Positions 54,582-64,000 of a DNA stretch of 64,000 nucleotides are shown in pieces (position 1 is the first letter of the stretch; each line of letters begins with the position of its first letter). Location of the stretch: the NCBI GenBank assembly GCA_965205505.1, contig CBDBHB010000009.1, positions 2,176,001 to 2,240,000 of the forward strand, written 5' to 3'. A program made the translations under genes and the position numbers. The notes under the pieces were generated by a model that had not been told where the DNA came from, made no database searches, and saw only the letters and a program-made list of their open reading frames with translations. The stretch is from Acidobacteriota bacterium (GTDB taxonomy: Bacteria > Acidobacteriota > UBA890 > WLXD01).

Positions 54582-54807
54582 ACTCCGCCAGCTGAGGGAG
54601 TGCTGGACCGAGGTTGGCGATCTCGCACTGGTAAACGGGCGCGCGGAGCGTCTTCTGGCGGTGCATCCGCTACGTGCTGCGGACGCGCTGCAGTTGGCAG
54701 CGGCGCTGGTGGTATGCGAGGAACGTCCGGTGGGACAGAGATTTGTCTGTCTGGACGCCAACCTTGCCAGTGCCGCGAGAAGAGAGGGGTTCACCACGCC
54801 GTTCTGA
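54582..54807 (+). pseudogene. C-terminal half of a PIN-domain (VapC-like) toxin
   Basis: HPLRAADALQLAAAL...FVCLDANLASAARREGF. Confidence 0.75.
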
Positions 54808-54963
54808 GGTGATCTCGCGTCCGCTGATCCGACGATGACTCCGATTCAGCTGCAATGCTCGCCGCCCATGCACGGACAGCGTAGGCGTGGTTCTCAAGTT
54901 TGCATATTATCTGTGTGATGGAGCGACGATCGGTGGTCGTGACCATCGTGCTTGGGGGAGCAC

Positions 54964-57141
54964 ATGCCGGAGATCGGGGAGCTTATCGGCGCCTATCGAA
55001 TAGAGCGCAAGCTCGGCGAAGGCCGCATGGGCGAGGTCTACCGCGCGCTCGATACGCGGTTGGAGCGGTCGGTGGCGCTGAAGTTCTTGGCAGAGCGCAT
55101 TGCCGGCTCGGCCGAAGACGTCGATCGGGTCGGCCGTGAGGCGCGCGCGCTGGCGGCGATCAACCATCCGAACATCGTCACTATTTACGCGGTTGAGCAG
55201 GCGGGCGAGGTGCACTTCCTGGCCATGGAGCTGGTGGAAGGCGACAGCCTCGATCATCTGATCTCCGATCGTGGCATGCCCGTGCAGGAGTTCCTGCAGA
55301 TTGCCATCCCGCTAGCGGACGGCCTTGCGGCGGCGCATGCGGCCGGGCTCGTACATCGCGACCTGAAGTCGGCACACGTGATGGTCAGTCGCGCCGGACG
55401 CGTGAAGCTGCTCGACCTCGGGTTGGCTGTGCACCATGGCGCGACGCCGCTCGTGTGGGACGACCGGAGCGTCGAGTCAACCGTCGATACGACGGCGCTC
55501 GCCGAGCTCACCACAAACGACGGAGCGGTCGCCGGCACCCCCGCGTATATGTCGCCGGAGCAGGTACGTGGCGAGACGGTTGACCATCGCTCCGACATAT
55601 TCTCTCTCGGCGTGGTGTTTTACGAGATGCTCACTGGAGCAAGGCCGTTTCAGGGTGCGACGCTGCGCGAGCTTGCGGCCTCGATCACGGCGCAGCAGCC
55701 GCAGGCGGTGTCGGTGCGCAAACCGCTGGTACCGCGAGTGCTTTCCGACCTAGTGGCCCGCTGTCTCGACAAAGACCCGACCGCTCGGCCCCAGCAGGTT
55801 GCCGAGGTTGCCGCTACGCTGGCGCGTTTGCGGCGCGGCGAGCGCTCCGGCCGGTCGGTGGCCGTGTTGCCTTTCGTCGATTTGAGCCCTGACGGCGACC
55901 AGAGACATTTCTCCGAGGGCATCGCCGAAGGGATTCTCGACGGTCTGTCGGAAGTGGCCGATTTGCGGGTGGCGTCGCGCACCTCCACGTTCCGCTATCG
56001 CGGCGCCAATCGCGACGTTGGCGACATCGGCCGCCGTCTGGACGTGGAGACCGTGCTCGAGGGCTCGGTGCGCCGGGCGAAGGACCGGTTGCGAATTGCC
56101 ACGCGTCTGATCGACGTGGCCGACGACCGAGATCTGTGGTCGCAGCGGTTCGAAGGCGACGTCGAGGACGTCTTCGCCTTGGAGGACGAGATCACCACCA
56201 GCGTCATCGACGCGCTGCAAGGAGTCTTGGGAACCCGCCCGCGGCCGAGCCAGCCGACGGCTTTCGAAGCCTACGACTACTACCTGCGGGGGCGTAGCCT
56301 GCTTTACCGCGACACCCCGCGCGAGATCGCGCTGGCGCGCGATATGTTCACCCGTGCCGTTGCGCACGACCCGGACTATGCTCTGGCCCACAGCGGGCTT
56401 GCTGATGCCGCCTCGTATCTCTACATGCACGCGGGCGGCGACCCCAGCGCCCTGGACGAAGCGATCTCGGCGGCGGAGCACGCGGTGCAGGCCGGGCCGA
56501 AGCTTGCCGAGGGACACGCCGCGCTCGGCCTGGCACTGTCCCTGTCGAACCGGCACGAGGAGGCCGATCGAGCGTTTGCTGCGGCCATCGAGCTCGCCCC
56601 GGATTCCTTCGAGGCGCGCTATTCCCGCGGCCGCAGCGCCTTCGCTCAAGGTCAGATGGAGCTCGCAGCGCGTGAGTTTGAGGTGGCGAGCATCGTGCGC
56701 TCAGAGGACTATCAAGCTCCTGCGCTGCTCAGCCAAGTTTATCGTGATCTTCAGGACCCGACCCGAGAGGTCGCCAGCGCGCGCCGCGCCGTGCGTCGCG
56801 TAGAACGACACCTGGCGCTGCAGCCGGGCGACGGCCGGGCGTACTCGATCGGGGCTCGTTGTCTGTTCCAGCTGGGCGAACGTCAGGCGGCGTTGGAGTG
56901 GGCCGACCGTGCGTTGGAGCTGGGGGCGGGAGACGCCACGACCCACTACACGGTTGCCTGCCTGCTCGCCCAGGCCGGCCAGCTCGGTGCGGCGCTGTCG
57001 CGTTTGGAGCAAGCGGTCGACTTGGGGTATGCACATCGGGCCTGGATCGAGCACGACGGTGATCTGGCCCCGATTCGTGACGACCCACGGTTCGGGGTGA
57101 TCTTGGAGTCGATCGAGCGCCACGCGCCGGTGCGCAGTTGA
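54964..57141 (+). CDS. Ser/Thr protein kinase with TolB-N-like domain and TPR repeats
   Basis: LGEGRMGEVY, VALK, HPNIV, HRDLK, GTPAYMSPEQ, SDIFSLG; SVAVLPF; TPR helices. Confidence 0.9.
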   Translation: MPEIGELIGAYRIERKLGEGRMGEVYRALDTRLERSVALKFLAERIAGSAEDVDRVGREARALAAINHPNIVTIYAVEQAGEVHFLAMELVEGDSLDHLISDRGMPVQEFLQIAIPLADGLAAAHAAGLVHRDLKSAHVMVSRAGRVKLLDLGLAVHHGATPLVWDDRSVESTVDTTALAELTTNDGAVAGTPAYMSPEQVRGETVDHRSDIFSLGVVFYEMLTGARPFQGATLRELAASITAQQPQAVSVRKPLVPRVLSDLVARCLDKDPTARPQQVAEVAATLARLRRGERSGRSVAVLPFVDLSPDGDQRHFSEGIAEGILDGLSEVADLRVASRTSTFRYRGANRDVGDIGRRLDVETVLEGSVRRAKDRLRIATRLIDVADDRDLWSQRFEGDVEDVFALEDEITTSVIDALQGVLGTRPRPSQPTAFEAYDYYLRGRSLLYRDTPREIALARDMFTRAVAHDPDYALAHSGLADAASYLYMHAGGDPSALDEAISAAEHAVQAGPKLAEGHAALGLALSLSNRHEEADRAFAAAIELAPDSFEARYSRGRSAFAQGQMELAAREFEVASIVRSEDYQAPALLSQVYRDLQDPTREVASARRAVRRVERHLALQPGDGRAYSIGARCLFQLGERQAALEWADRALELGAGDATTHYTVACLLAQAGQLGAALSRLEQAVDLGYAHRAWIEHDGDLAPIRDDPRFGVILESIERHAPVRS

Positions 57142-57264
57142 GTCAGGCTGGCATGGCGCCCTCGCTAGCACCGCGAAAGTGCCGGTGCGATAATTCCGAG
57201 CACCCACCCTCGCAACTGGCCCCGACTCGCCGCAACCAGGCCCACACTCTAGTCCTCGGGATAC

Positions 57265-59694
57265 GTGCGCAGAACTCCGCTTGCCATCTGTCTGGTCGCC
57301 GGCTCGACACTCGCGCTCGAGTTGCTGCTGACGCGCATCTTCGATGTGATCCTGTACCCGAACCTGGCGTACATGATCATCACCGGCGCGGTGTTCTCGT
57401 TCGGTCTGGCGGGGATCTACACCACGCTGCGACCGCTGCCGGCAGGCGCTGACCCGTCTGCTCAGCTGGCCCGCCTGACGGCGCTGATGGCCGCCTCGTT
57501 GTTGCTGATCCGCCCGCTGCTCAACATCATCCCGTTTCGCTTCGAGGCGATCGCTTCGGATCCGCTGGGACAAGGCATCTGGTTCCTGGCGATGTACGCC
57601 GTCATCACTATTCCGTTCGTGCTCTGTGGCCTGGTGCTCGCGCGCGTGTTCTCTGCTTGGGCCGAGGCCATTCAGCGGCTGTATTTCTGGGATCTGGCTG
57701 GTGCCGCCGTCGGCTGCGTGGCGATCATCCCGCTGATTCCGATCCTCGGGCCGGCCGGGCTGCTCCTGGTGGTTTCCGGAGTTCTGGCATTGGCCGCCGC
57801 GGTGTTTGCCGGTACGAGTCGAGCGCTGGCCATCGCCGCAGTGTATGCGGTGGTGATGTTGGCAATTCCGCTGCTGTCGCCTGGCTACCTGTCGTTCGAG
57901 GAGCACAAGGTCGACCGCGGGCTGGCCGACGCGCGAGCCATGGGCAACAACGAATACGTGCGTTGGGATCCGGTGTCGAAGGTCGAGGTAATTCACTTTC
58001 GCGGCGTGAAGAACATCATCTACGACGGCGGCAGCCAGAGTAGCTTCTTGTACCCGTTCGACGGCAACTGGGAGCTCTTCCGGCGCCGCCTCGATCGCGG
58101 CGTTCAGGCAAACGCCGAGGGCTTCTTCAAGACCCACTTCTGGACCCGATCGGTGCTGCTGGCGCACTACATGAAGCGCGACACCGACCAGCAGGTTCTG
58201 GTGATCGGCAGCGCCGCCGGGCAAGAGGTCAAGGGCGCGCTGGCGTACGGCGCGGGGCACGTCGATGCCATCGAGATGGTCGGTGCGGTGGTCGAGCTAG
58301 GCAAGCACGACTATGCCGGCTTCAACGGTGGAATCTTCAATGATCCGCGCGTCAACAGCGTGCGCGGCGAGGGGCGTGGCTTCATCCGTTCGCGCGACCG
58401 TGTCTACGACATCATCCAGATCTTCAGCAACCATTCGTCGTCATCGGTTGCCGCCGGGGCCGGCGCGCTCGACCCGACGTACTTGCTCACCGCCGACGCG
58501 TTCGTCGACTACTTCCAGCACCTGTCCGAAGACGGCATGTTGCAGATCAACCACCATACCTACCCGCGCATCATCTCGACCGCTGCGCTGGCCTGGAAGT
58601 GGATGGGACGCGACGATTTCAGGAGCCACGTGCTGGTGACGTCGCGCACCATGCAGGACGACGATACATTGCCGATGGTGCTCATCAAGATGAGCCCCTT
58701 CACGCGCGACGACCTGGTGGAGGCGCGTCGCTTCCTCGGCCTGCGTGAGGGCGTGGAGGTACAGATCTTCAAGCTCGAAGAGAACCCGCTACGGCCGCGC
58801 ACCGGCTTTCTGTCGCCGGAGTTCTTCAGCGGCGAGCTGCCCGACGAGATCATCGAGCGGGTGCCGTATCGGGTAACGCCGACCACCGACAACAGGCCTT
58901 ATTTCAAGTTTCTGCGCCGCGGATGGGAGGAGCTGCAACCGGACCCCGAGCGTTTCGTACCCGTTGCTGTGGCCTGGTTCCTCAACGTTGCCCGCGAGCA
59001 GGGCGGCGGCGTGCCCCTCGACATCATCCACCTGTGGGTCACCGGCTTCGTGTCGTTGGTGTTTGCTGGCGTGTTCGTCGTTACGCCGTTGGCGCTGTCG
59101 CCGGTGGCGCGGCGACGGTGGCCCGGCTGGGGTGCTTCGCTGATCTATTTCGCCAGTCTCGGCGCCGGCTTCATCCTGGTGGAATTGGTGTTGATCCAGC
59201 TGCTGATGCACTTCGTTGGATACCCGCTATATACCTACTCGGTAGTGCTGTTCACGGTGCTGCTCGGAGCCGGGCTCGGCAGCCTGGCGTCGGATCGGTT
59301 GAGGATCACGCCGGCGGCGGCGAATTGGTGGTGGCCGTATGCCGGAGTGCTGCTCGCAGGCACGATGTTCCTGCTCGTCCATGGCCCTGTTACTGGTGCG
59401 CTGCTGGCGCTGCCGCTCGGCGCTCGCCTGGTGGCGGCGGTTATCCTGGTGTTTCCGATCGCATTCTTCATGGGTATGCCGTTCCCGCTCGGCGTGCTGG
59501 CCGTACAGGATCTCTCGCGAGCAGCCGTCGCCTGGGGATGGGGGATGAACGGGCTGTTCACGGTGATCGGCGGCCTCGGCAGCGTCGTGGTTTCGGTGAA
59601 CTACGGGTTCCGCGCGGCGCTCATCGTCGGGTTGATGATCTACGCGATCGCCTGGCTGTCGTTTGCGCGCATGCGGCGTCAGAGGTCGGTCTGA
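57265..59694 (+). CDS. Membrane protein with a spermidine-synthase-like SAM-binding domain
   Basis: Multiple TMs at both ends; VLVIGSAAGQE; EGRGFIR..YDII; FFMGMPFP; WGMNG. Confidence 0.75.
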   Translation: MRRTPLAICLVAGSTLALELLLTRIFDVILYPNLAYMIITGAVFSFGLAGIYTTLRPLPAGADPSAQLARLTALMAASLLLIRPLLNIIPFRFEAIASDPLGQGIWFLAMYAVITIPFVLCGLVLARVFSAWAEAIQRLYFWDLAGAAVGCVAIIPLIPILGPAGLLLVVSGVLALAAAVFAGTSRALAIAAVYAVVMLAIPLLSPGYLSFEEHKVDRGLADARAMGNNEYVRWDPVSKVEVIHFRGVKNIIYDGGSQSSFLYPFDGNWELFRRRLDRGVQANAEGFFKTHFWTRSVLLAHYMKRDTDQQVLVIGSAAGQEVKGALAYGAGHVDAIEMVGAVVELGKHDYAGFNGGIFNDPRVNSVRGEGRGFIRSRDRVYDIIQIFSNHSSSSVAAGAGALDPTYLLTADAFVDYFQHLSEDGMLQINHHTYPRIISTAALAWKWMGRDDFRSHVLVTSRTMQDDDTLPMVLIKMSPFTRDDLVEARRFLGLREGVEVQIFKLEENPLRPRTGFLSPEFFSGELPDEIIERVPYRVTPTTDNRPYFKFLRRGWEELQPDPERFVPVAVAWFLNVAREQGGGVPLDIIHLWVTGFVSLVFAGVFVVTPLALSPVARRRWPGWGASLIYFASLGAGFILVELVLIQLLMHFVGYPLYTYSVVLFTVLLGAGLGSLASDRLRITPAAANWWWPYAGVLLAGTMFLLVHGPVTGALLALPLGARLVAAVILVFPIAFFMGMPFPLGVLAVQDLSRAAVAWGWGMNGLFTVIGGLGSVVVSVNYGFRAALIVGLMIYAIAWLSFARMRRQRSV

Positions 59695-59929
59695 GCATCG
59701 ATTGTCCGGTCACGCGACTTGTGTCGCTCGGCGAAACTTACATCGCACCGATCGCCCCGAAGCGTGCCGTGTTCCCTGATCTCGCCAGCAAGAGCCACGC
59801 GTCAGACGCGCCAGAGTTTTCAAGCACCCTGCTAATCACTAGACCCCCCGTGTCCGGTAGTCGATCATGTATGGGTACGCTCCCGCGAACATGTGCCTGT
59901 GCTCCCGAAACGACAGAGGAAGCTCGCTC

Positions 59930-62800
59930 GTGAAACCGACTCGCTCGAATCTCTGGCTATCTGCCGCGGCCCTCCTGGTCGTGTCGATTCCGCTTCCTGC
60001 GCTGGCGCAGGGCCCGATCCCGCTTACGCCGCCGCCGGTGATCGCCGACCCCGAAGACGGCGCCACTGCGCCGCTCGAGGCGCCGATGCCTCTCGACCCG
60101 TTGATTACCGTCGGCGAGCTCGAGAACGGACTGCGGTACTGGATCCGCGAAAACAGCTACCCGGAAAAGCGCGCCGAACTGCGACTGGTGGTGCGCGTGG
60201 GCTCGATGCAAGAGGACGACGACCAGCTCGGCTTGGCCCATTTCGTCGAGCACATGGCATTCAACGGCACGAAGAACTTCCCGAAGATGGAGCTGGTGAA
60301 GGCCCTCGAGTCGTTCGGCATGCGTTTCGGTGCCCATGTGAACGCTTCGACATCGTTCGACGAGACGATCTATTTCTTGCGGATCCCCACCGATCGCCAG
60401 GACATCATCGATACTGCGTTCCAGATTCTCGAGGATTGGTCGCACAGCCTTGCCTTCGACGACGAGGAGATCGACAAAGAACGCGGTGTCGTAATCGAGG
60501 AATGGCGCCTGGGGCTAGGGGCCGGCTCGCGAGTCCGCGACCGCCAGCTGCCGGTGCTGTTTGCCGACTCTCGCTACACGGAGCGTCTGCCGATTGGCAA
60601 GGTCGAGGTGCTCGAGAGCTTTCCGTACGACGCGGCGCGGCGCTTCTACCGCGACTGGTACCGCCCCGACCTCATGGGAGTGATCGTCGTCGGTGACATC
60701 GATACCGAGACCGTCAAGGCGAAGATCGAGCAGCACTTCAGCGGCATCCCCCGAGTCGAGGCCGGCCGCGAGCGCGCCTATACGACGCTGTCCGACCACG
60801 ATGGAACGCAGTTTTCTATCGTCACCGATAAGGAGGCGACGAACTCGATCGTCGAGTTCTTCCAGCTGCAACCGCTCCGTCGCCAGGCGTACCATGGCTC
60901 TTATCGCCGCAGCATGGTGGAAGGGCTGTTCAGCCGCATGTTCAATCGCCGACTCACCGAACAGGCGCAGCAACCCAACCCGCCGTACCTGGGCGCCCGC
61001 GCCAGCCAGGACATCTTCATCCCCACCGCCGAAGCTTTCGTCATAAGCGCTGCCACGCCCGATGGTGGTGTGGCCGAGGGGCTGGGGGCGGCGTTCCGGG
61101 AGCTCGAGCGCGTCGCTCGCTACGGATTCGCGGAATCGGAGCTGGATCGCGAAAAGGCGCAGTTGCTGCGCATGTTCGAGCGCATCTACACCGAGCGCGA
61201 GGATCAGGAGTCCACACAGTTTGCCGAGGAGTTCACGCGCGCCTTCCTGGAAGGTGAGTCGACACCTGGAATCGACTACGAGTGGGCGTTGTACCAGCGC
61301 TTCATGCCCGGCATCACACTCGAGGACGTGAACGCCGTCGGTGAGCGCTGGATGCGCGAGAACAACCGCGTCGTGCTGGTGACGACACCCGAGAAGGAAG
61401 GTCTCGAGCTACCCACAGAAGAGGATTTGCTTGCGGCGATCGATCGAGCCGACCGCGGCCGCATCCGACGCTACGTCGACACCACCACCGACCGCCCGTT
61501 GCTCGCCGATATTCCAGACGCGGGCGAGATCGTCGAGGAGTCGACGGTGCCGGAGCTCGACCTGACCGTTTGGGAGCTTTCCAACGGTGCTCGTGTGGTG
61601 CTCAAGCCTACTGACTTCCGGCAGGATCAGATCCTGTTCCGCGGTTTCAGTCCTGGGGGAACCTCGCTCGCCGACGATGACGATTGGGTGGCCGCCTCGA
61701 GCGCCGTCCAGGTTGTGGCGGCCAGCGGCTTCGGTGGGCTGAGCGCACGCCAAATCACCAACATGATGTCCGACAAAGTGGTCAACGTGCGGCCGTTCGT
61801 TGGCCCGCTCGAAGAGGGCGTTGGAGGGTCGGCGTCGCCTCGCGACATCGAGTCGCTGCTACAGCTCGCCTACCTGACCTTTACGGAGCCACGCGCCGAC
61901 GACGGCATCTTCGACTTGATCCAGCAGCAGATGCGCGCCTCGCTGGCCAACCGCGACGTCAGCCCCGAGGTTGCTTTTCAGGAGACCTTGCAACGCACGC
62001 TCAGTCGCGACCACCCGCGCCGCCGGCCGATCTCTGTCGAGTTGCTGAACGAGATGGACCTTGGCAAGTCCTTCGACTTCTATATGGACCGGTTTGCCGA
62101 TGCCAGCGACTTCACGTTCGTGTTTGTTGGCAACATCGACATCGAGGCGCTGCGCCCGCTGGTGGCCACGTACCTGGCGAGCCTGCCGGACATCGACCGT
62201 GACGAGACCTGGCGAGACGAAGGTGTCGTCCCACCCGAGGGCGTGATTCGCAAGGAAGTGCGTCGCGGTGTCGAGCCCAAGAGCCTGACCTCGGTGGTGT
62301 TCTCCGGCGGCCTGGAATACGAAAGCCCCGAGGAGAACGCGCTCGGCGCCATGGCCGAGGTGCTGCAGACACGCCTGCGCGAGGTGATGCGCGAGGAGCT
62401 CGGCGGTACCTACGGCGTACGCGTCGAGGCTTCGGCGGACAATCGTCCGACCGAGCAGTACTCGATCTCGATCACCTTCGGATCGGACCCGGATCGTGCC
62501 GCGGAGCTCACCGGCGTCCTCTTCGAGCAGATCGAACGCCTGCGTACTACCGCGCCCGAGGAGCAGGAGCTCCGCAACGTGCTCGAGGGCTTCCGTCGCC
62601 AGTATGAGCTGTCGCTCAAAGAGAACGGGTTCTGGCTCGGGCAGCTGGTGAACTCCTATCGACACGCCAAGGACCCGCTGGAGATCCTCGAGTACGAGGA
62701 GACCCTCGAGAAGATCACGCCGGAGACCGTTCGGAACTCGGCGGCGCTCTACTTCGATCTCGACAACTATGTGCAGGTGTCGCTCCTCCCGGTAGAGTAA
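59930..62800 (+). CDS. M16 family zinc protease (PqqL-like)
   Basis: GLAHFVEHMAFNGT (HXXEH); NASTSFDET; ERGVVIEE; LSNG; LREVMREELGGTY. Confidence 0.92.
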   Translation: MKPTRSNLWLSAAALLVVSIPLPALAQGPIPLTPPPVIADPEDGATAPLEAPMPLDPLITVGELENGLRYWIRENSYPEKRAELRLVVRVGSMQEDDDQLGLAHFVEHMAFNGTKNFPKMELVKALESFGMRFGAHVNASTSFDETIYFLRIPTDRQDIIDTAFQILEDWSHSLAFDDEEIDKERGVVIEEWRLGLGAGSRVRDRQLPVLFADSRYTERLPIGKVEVLESFPYDAARRFYRDWYRPDLMGVIVVGDIDTETVKAKIEQHFSGIPRVEAGRERAYTTLSDHDGTQFSIVTDKEATNSIVEFFQLQPLRRQAYHGSYRRSMVEGLFSRMFNRRLTEQAQQPNPPYLGARASQDIFIPTAEAFVISAATPDGGVAEGLGAAFRELERVARYGFAESELDREKAQLLRMFERIYTEREDQESTQFAEEFTRAFLEGESTPGIDYEWALYQRFMPGITLEDVNAVGERWMRENNRVVLVTTPEKEGLELPTEEDLLAAIDRADRGRIRRYVDTTTDRPLLADIPDAGEIVEESTVPELDLTVWELSNGARVVLKPTDFRQDQILFRGFSPGGTSLADDDDWVAASSAVQVVAASGFGGLSARQITNMMSDKVVNVRPFVGPLEEGVGGSASPRDIESLLQLAYLTFTEPRADDGIFDLIQQQMRASLANRDVSPEVAFQETLQRTLSRDHPRRRPISVELLNEMDLGKSFDFYMDRFADASDFTFVFVGNIDIEALRPLVATYLASLPDIDRDETWRDEGVVPPEGVIRKEVRRGVEPKSLTSVVFSGGLEYESPEENALGAMAEVLQTRLREVMREELGGTYGVRVEASADNRPTEQYSISITFGSDPDRAAELTGVLFEQIERLRTTAPEEQELRNVLEGFRRQYELSLKENGFWLGQLVNSYRHAKDPLEILEYEETLEKITPETVRNSAALYFDLDNYVQVSLLPVE

Positions 62801-63111
62801 TCTTCGGCTCGCGGTCGTCGCACTGGGGTGAGAGTTACCCTGGACGCCCCCGCCCCAGGAGCGTCTTTGGCTGCTGATCGATCGCAGTGGCGTGCGGCGT
62901 TTTCGGCAGGCCGTTCGGCGGACGCTGCGCTTGCTTGTTCGGTGTCGAGTGCACTTTTTTGAATACTAAAAGTCACTAATTATTATCAGTACTGGTTAAT
63001 AAATGCATAAACAGTTTATTTATTATCCAGACATCTTGGAAATCTCTTATAATCCTCATTAAGCTTCCCGGAACCCTACTTCCCATGAAAGCCTTTCAGG
63101 AGGCTGCTCGA

Positions 63112-64000
63112 ATGCCGAGCGCGACTTGTCGTGTTCCAGCCGTCTTCCTTGGCCTACTGCTCGTGGTGATCGCAGTAGCGCCCGCCGGCGCGGCGCGCCC
63201 CGGCCCACCGCCCACAGTGGTGACCCGCGTTGTCGAGCTGGGCCCCCTGAAGATCGATGGCATCTATCACTCGATGGAGGGAGTGTTCCAGCGCGCCATC
63301 CTCGACACCGCCGATATCGGCTGGATCACTGCCTTTCGTACCGAGGTCGTCGACGCGGCGACCGGTGTTCTGCTCGGCGATAAGTATTTCTGTCATTCAC
63401 AGATCCAGCTCGCCACCGGGGCACGACTGATGGTCGCGGCGTCGGGGATTCCGGCGCTGCAGCTACCGAGCGGATTCGGCATCCCATTGCAGCAGATCCT
63501 CGGTGACCTCGAAGAGCCGTGGCGTGGCGTCTCGCTGCTGGGGATGGTGCTCAACAACCACAATCGCGACCTCGACGTCGACGTGAACGTCCGCTTCCTG
63601 GTGGACTACGTTGCCGCCAGCGAACCGAATGCTGCCGAGAACATCCAAAAGCTGTACCGGGCCAGCGTCACCGTGCTCCCTGATCGAGGGGTGACGGTGC
63701 TTGCCGGCGATCCGCTCGCGCCGAGTGAGATTCCCGCCAACGCTCACGGCAAGACCGGGCACTGGATGGTGCCGCCGGGTGAGCAGGTCATTCGCCAGCA
63801 GCACACCAAGCTGGTACCAGGGCCGACGCGTGTGCACTACGGTGTGGCGCACATGCACAACTACGGCAGCTCGTTGAAGCTCACCGACGTTACAGAGGGG
63901 CGCGTGCTCTGGGAGACGCGAGTGGCGTACGACCCCGATGCCGAGTACGCGCGTATCGCCCGGATCCCGGTGTATTCCAGCGACGCAGGGTTCGTGATGT
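63112..64000 (+). CDS. Secreted protein with a His/Met motif set resembling copper monooxygenase domains (partial)
   Basis: RBS aggagg; signal peptide; YHSMEG, FCHS, GHWMVPPG, HYGVAHMHNYG; open to the window end. Confidence 0.55.
   Translation, partial: MPSATCRVPAVFLGLLLVVIAVAPAGAARPGPPPTVVTRVVELGPLKIDGIYHSMEGVFQRAILDTADIGWITAFRTEVVDAATGVLLGDKYFCHSQIQLATGARLMVAASGIPALQLPSGFGIPLQQILGDLEEPWRGVSLLGMVLNNHNRDLDVDVNVRFLVDYVAASEPNAAENIQKLYRASVTVLPDRGVTVLAGDPLAPSEIPANAHGKTGHWMVPPGEQVIRQQHTKLVPGPTRVHYGVAHMHNYGSSLKLTDVTEGRVLWETRVAYDPDAEYARIARIPVYSSDAGFVM

Noticed and set aside
1-64000. CRISPR array, cas genes, reverse transcriptase or retron
   Set aside because: I saw no regularly spaced repeats and no Cas or RT (YADD-type) motifs by eye.
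1-64000. Second copy of the lox-like site
   Set aside because: No match was seen in the other AT-rich tracts; a mismatch-tolerant genome-wide search is needed.

Overview
GC-rich bacterial DNA, probably Acidobacteriota. This is an inference from a truncated ADOP-type ABC permease N-terminus and a Ser/Thr kinase-TPR protein. Ordinary chromosomal genes occupy about 1-10.5 kb (di-haem cytochrome c peroxidase, collagen/S74 fibre protein, penicillin acylase, Spy/CpxP-like protein, MATE, trmL, Cys/Met PLP lyase) and about 54.9-64 kb (kinase-TPR, spermidine-synthase-like membrane protein, M16 protease, secreted His-motif protein). Between them lies a decayed mosaic island of about 44 kb (about 10.5-54.8 kb). 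The island holds: (1) a P4-like satellite (integrase, AlpA, primase/helicase, iterons, recognisable ends); (2) a tRNA-Leu-targeting capsid-less phage-like element (integrase, excisionase, AEP primase, TerS, TerL); (3) many nested IS3, IS21 and IS630 elements; (4) relics of defence genes; (5) cargo (GDH, K+ channel, TonB receptor, methyltransferase). The standout signal is an apparently intact Cre-family recombinase (45540-46544). It is directly preceded by a perfect 34-bp loxP-architecture palindrome (13-8-13) that overlaps its own sigma70-like promoter, making it a candidate new Cre/lox-type pair. A second notable signal is a covarying multi-stem structure shared by the 3' ends of an IS21 and an IS3 element. 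All calls come from reading the sequence by eye; no searches were run.
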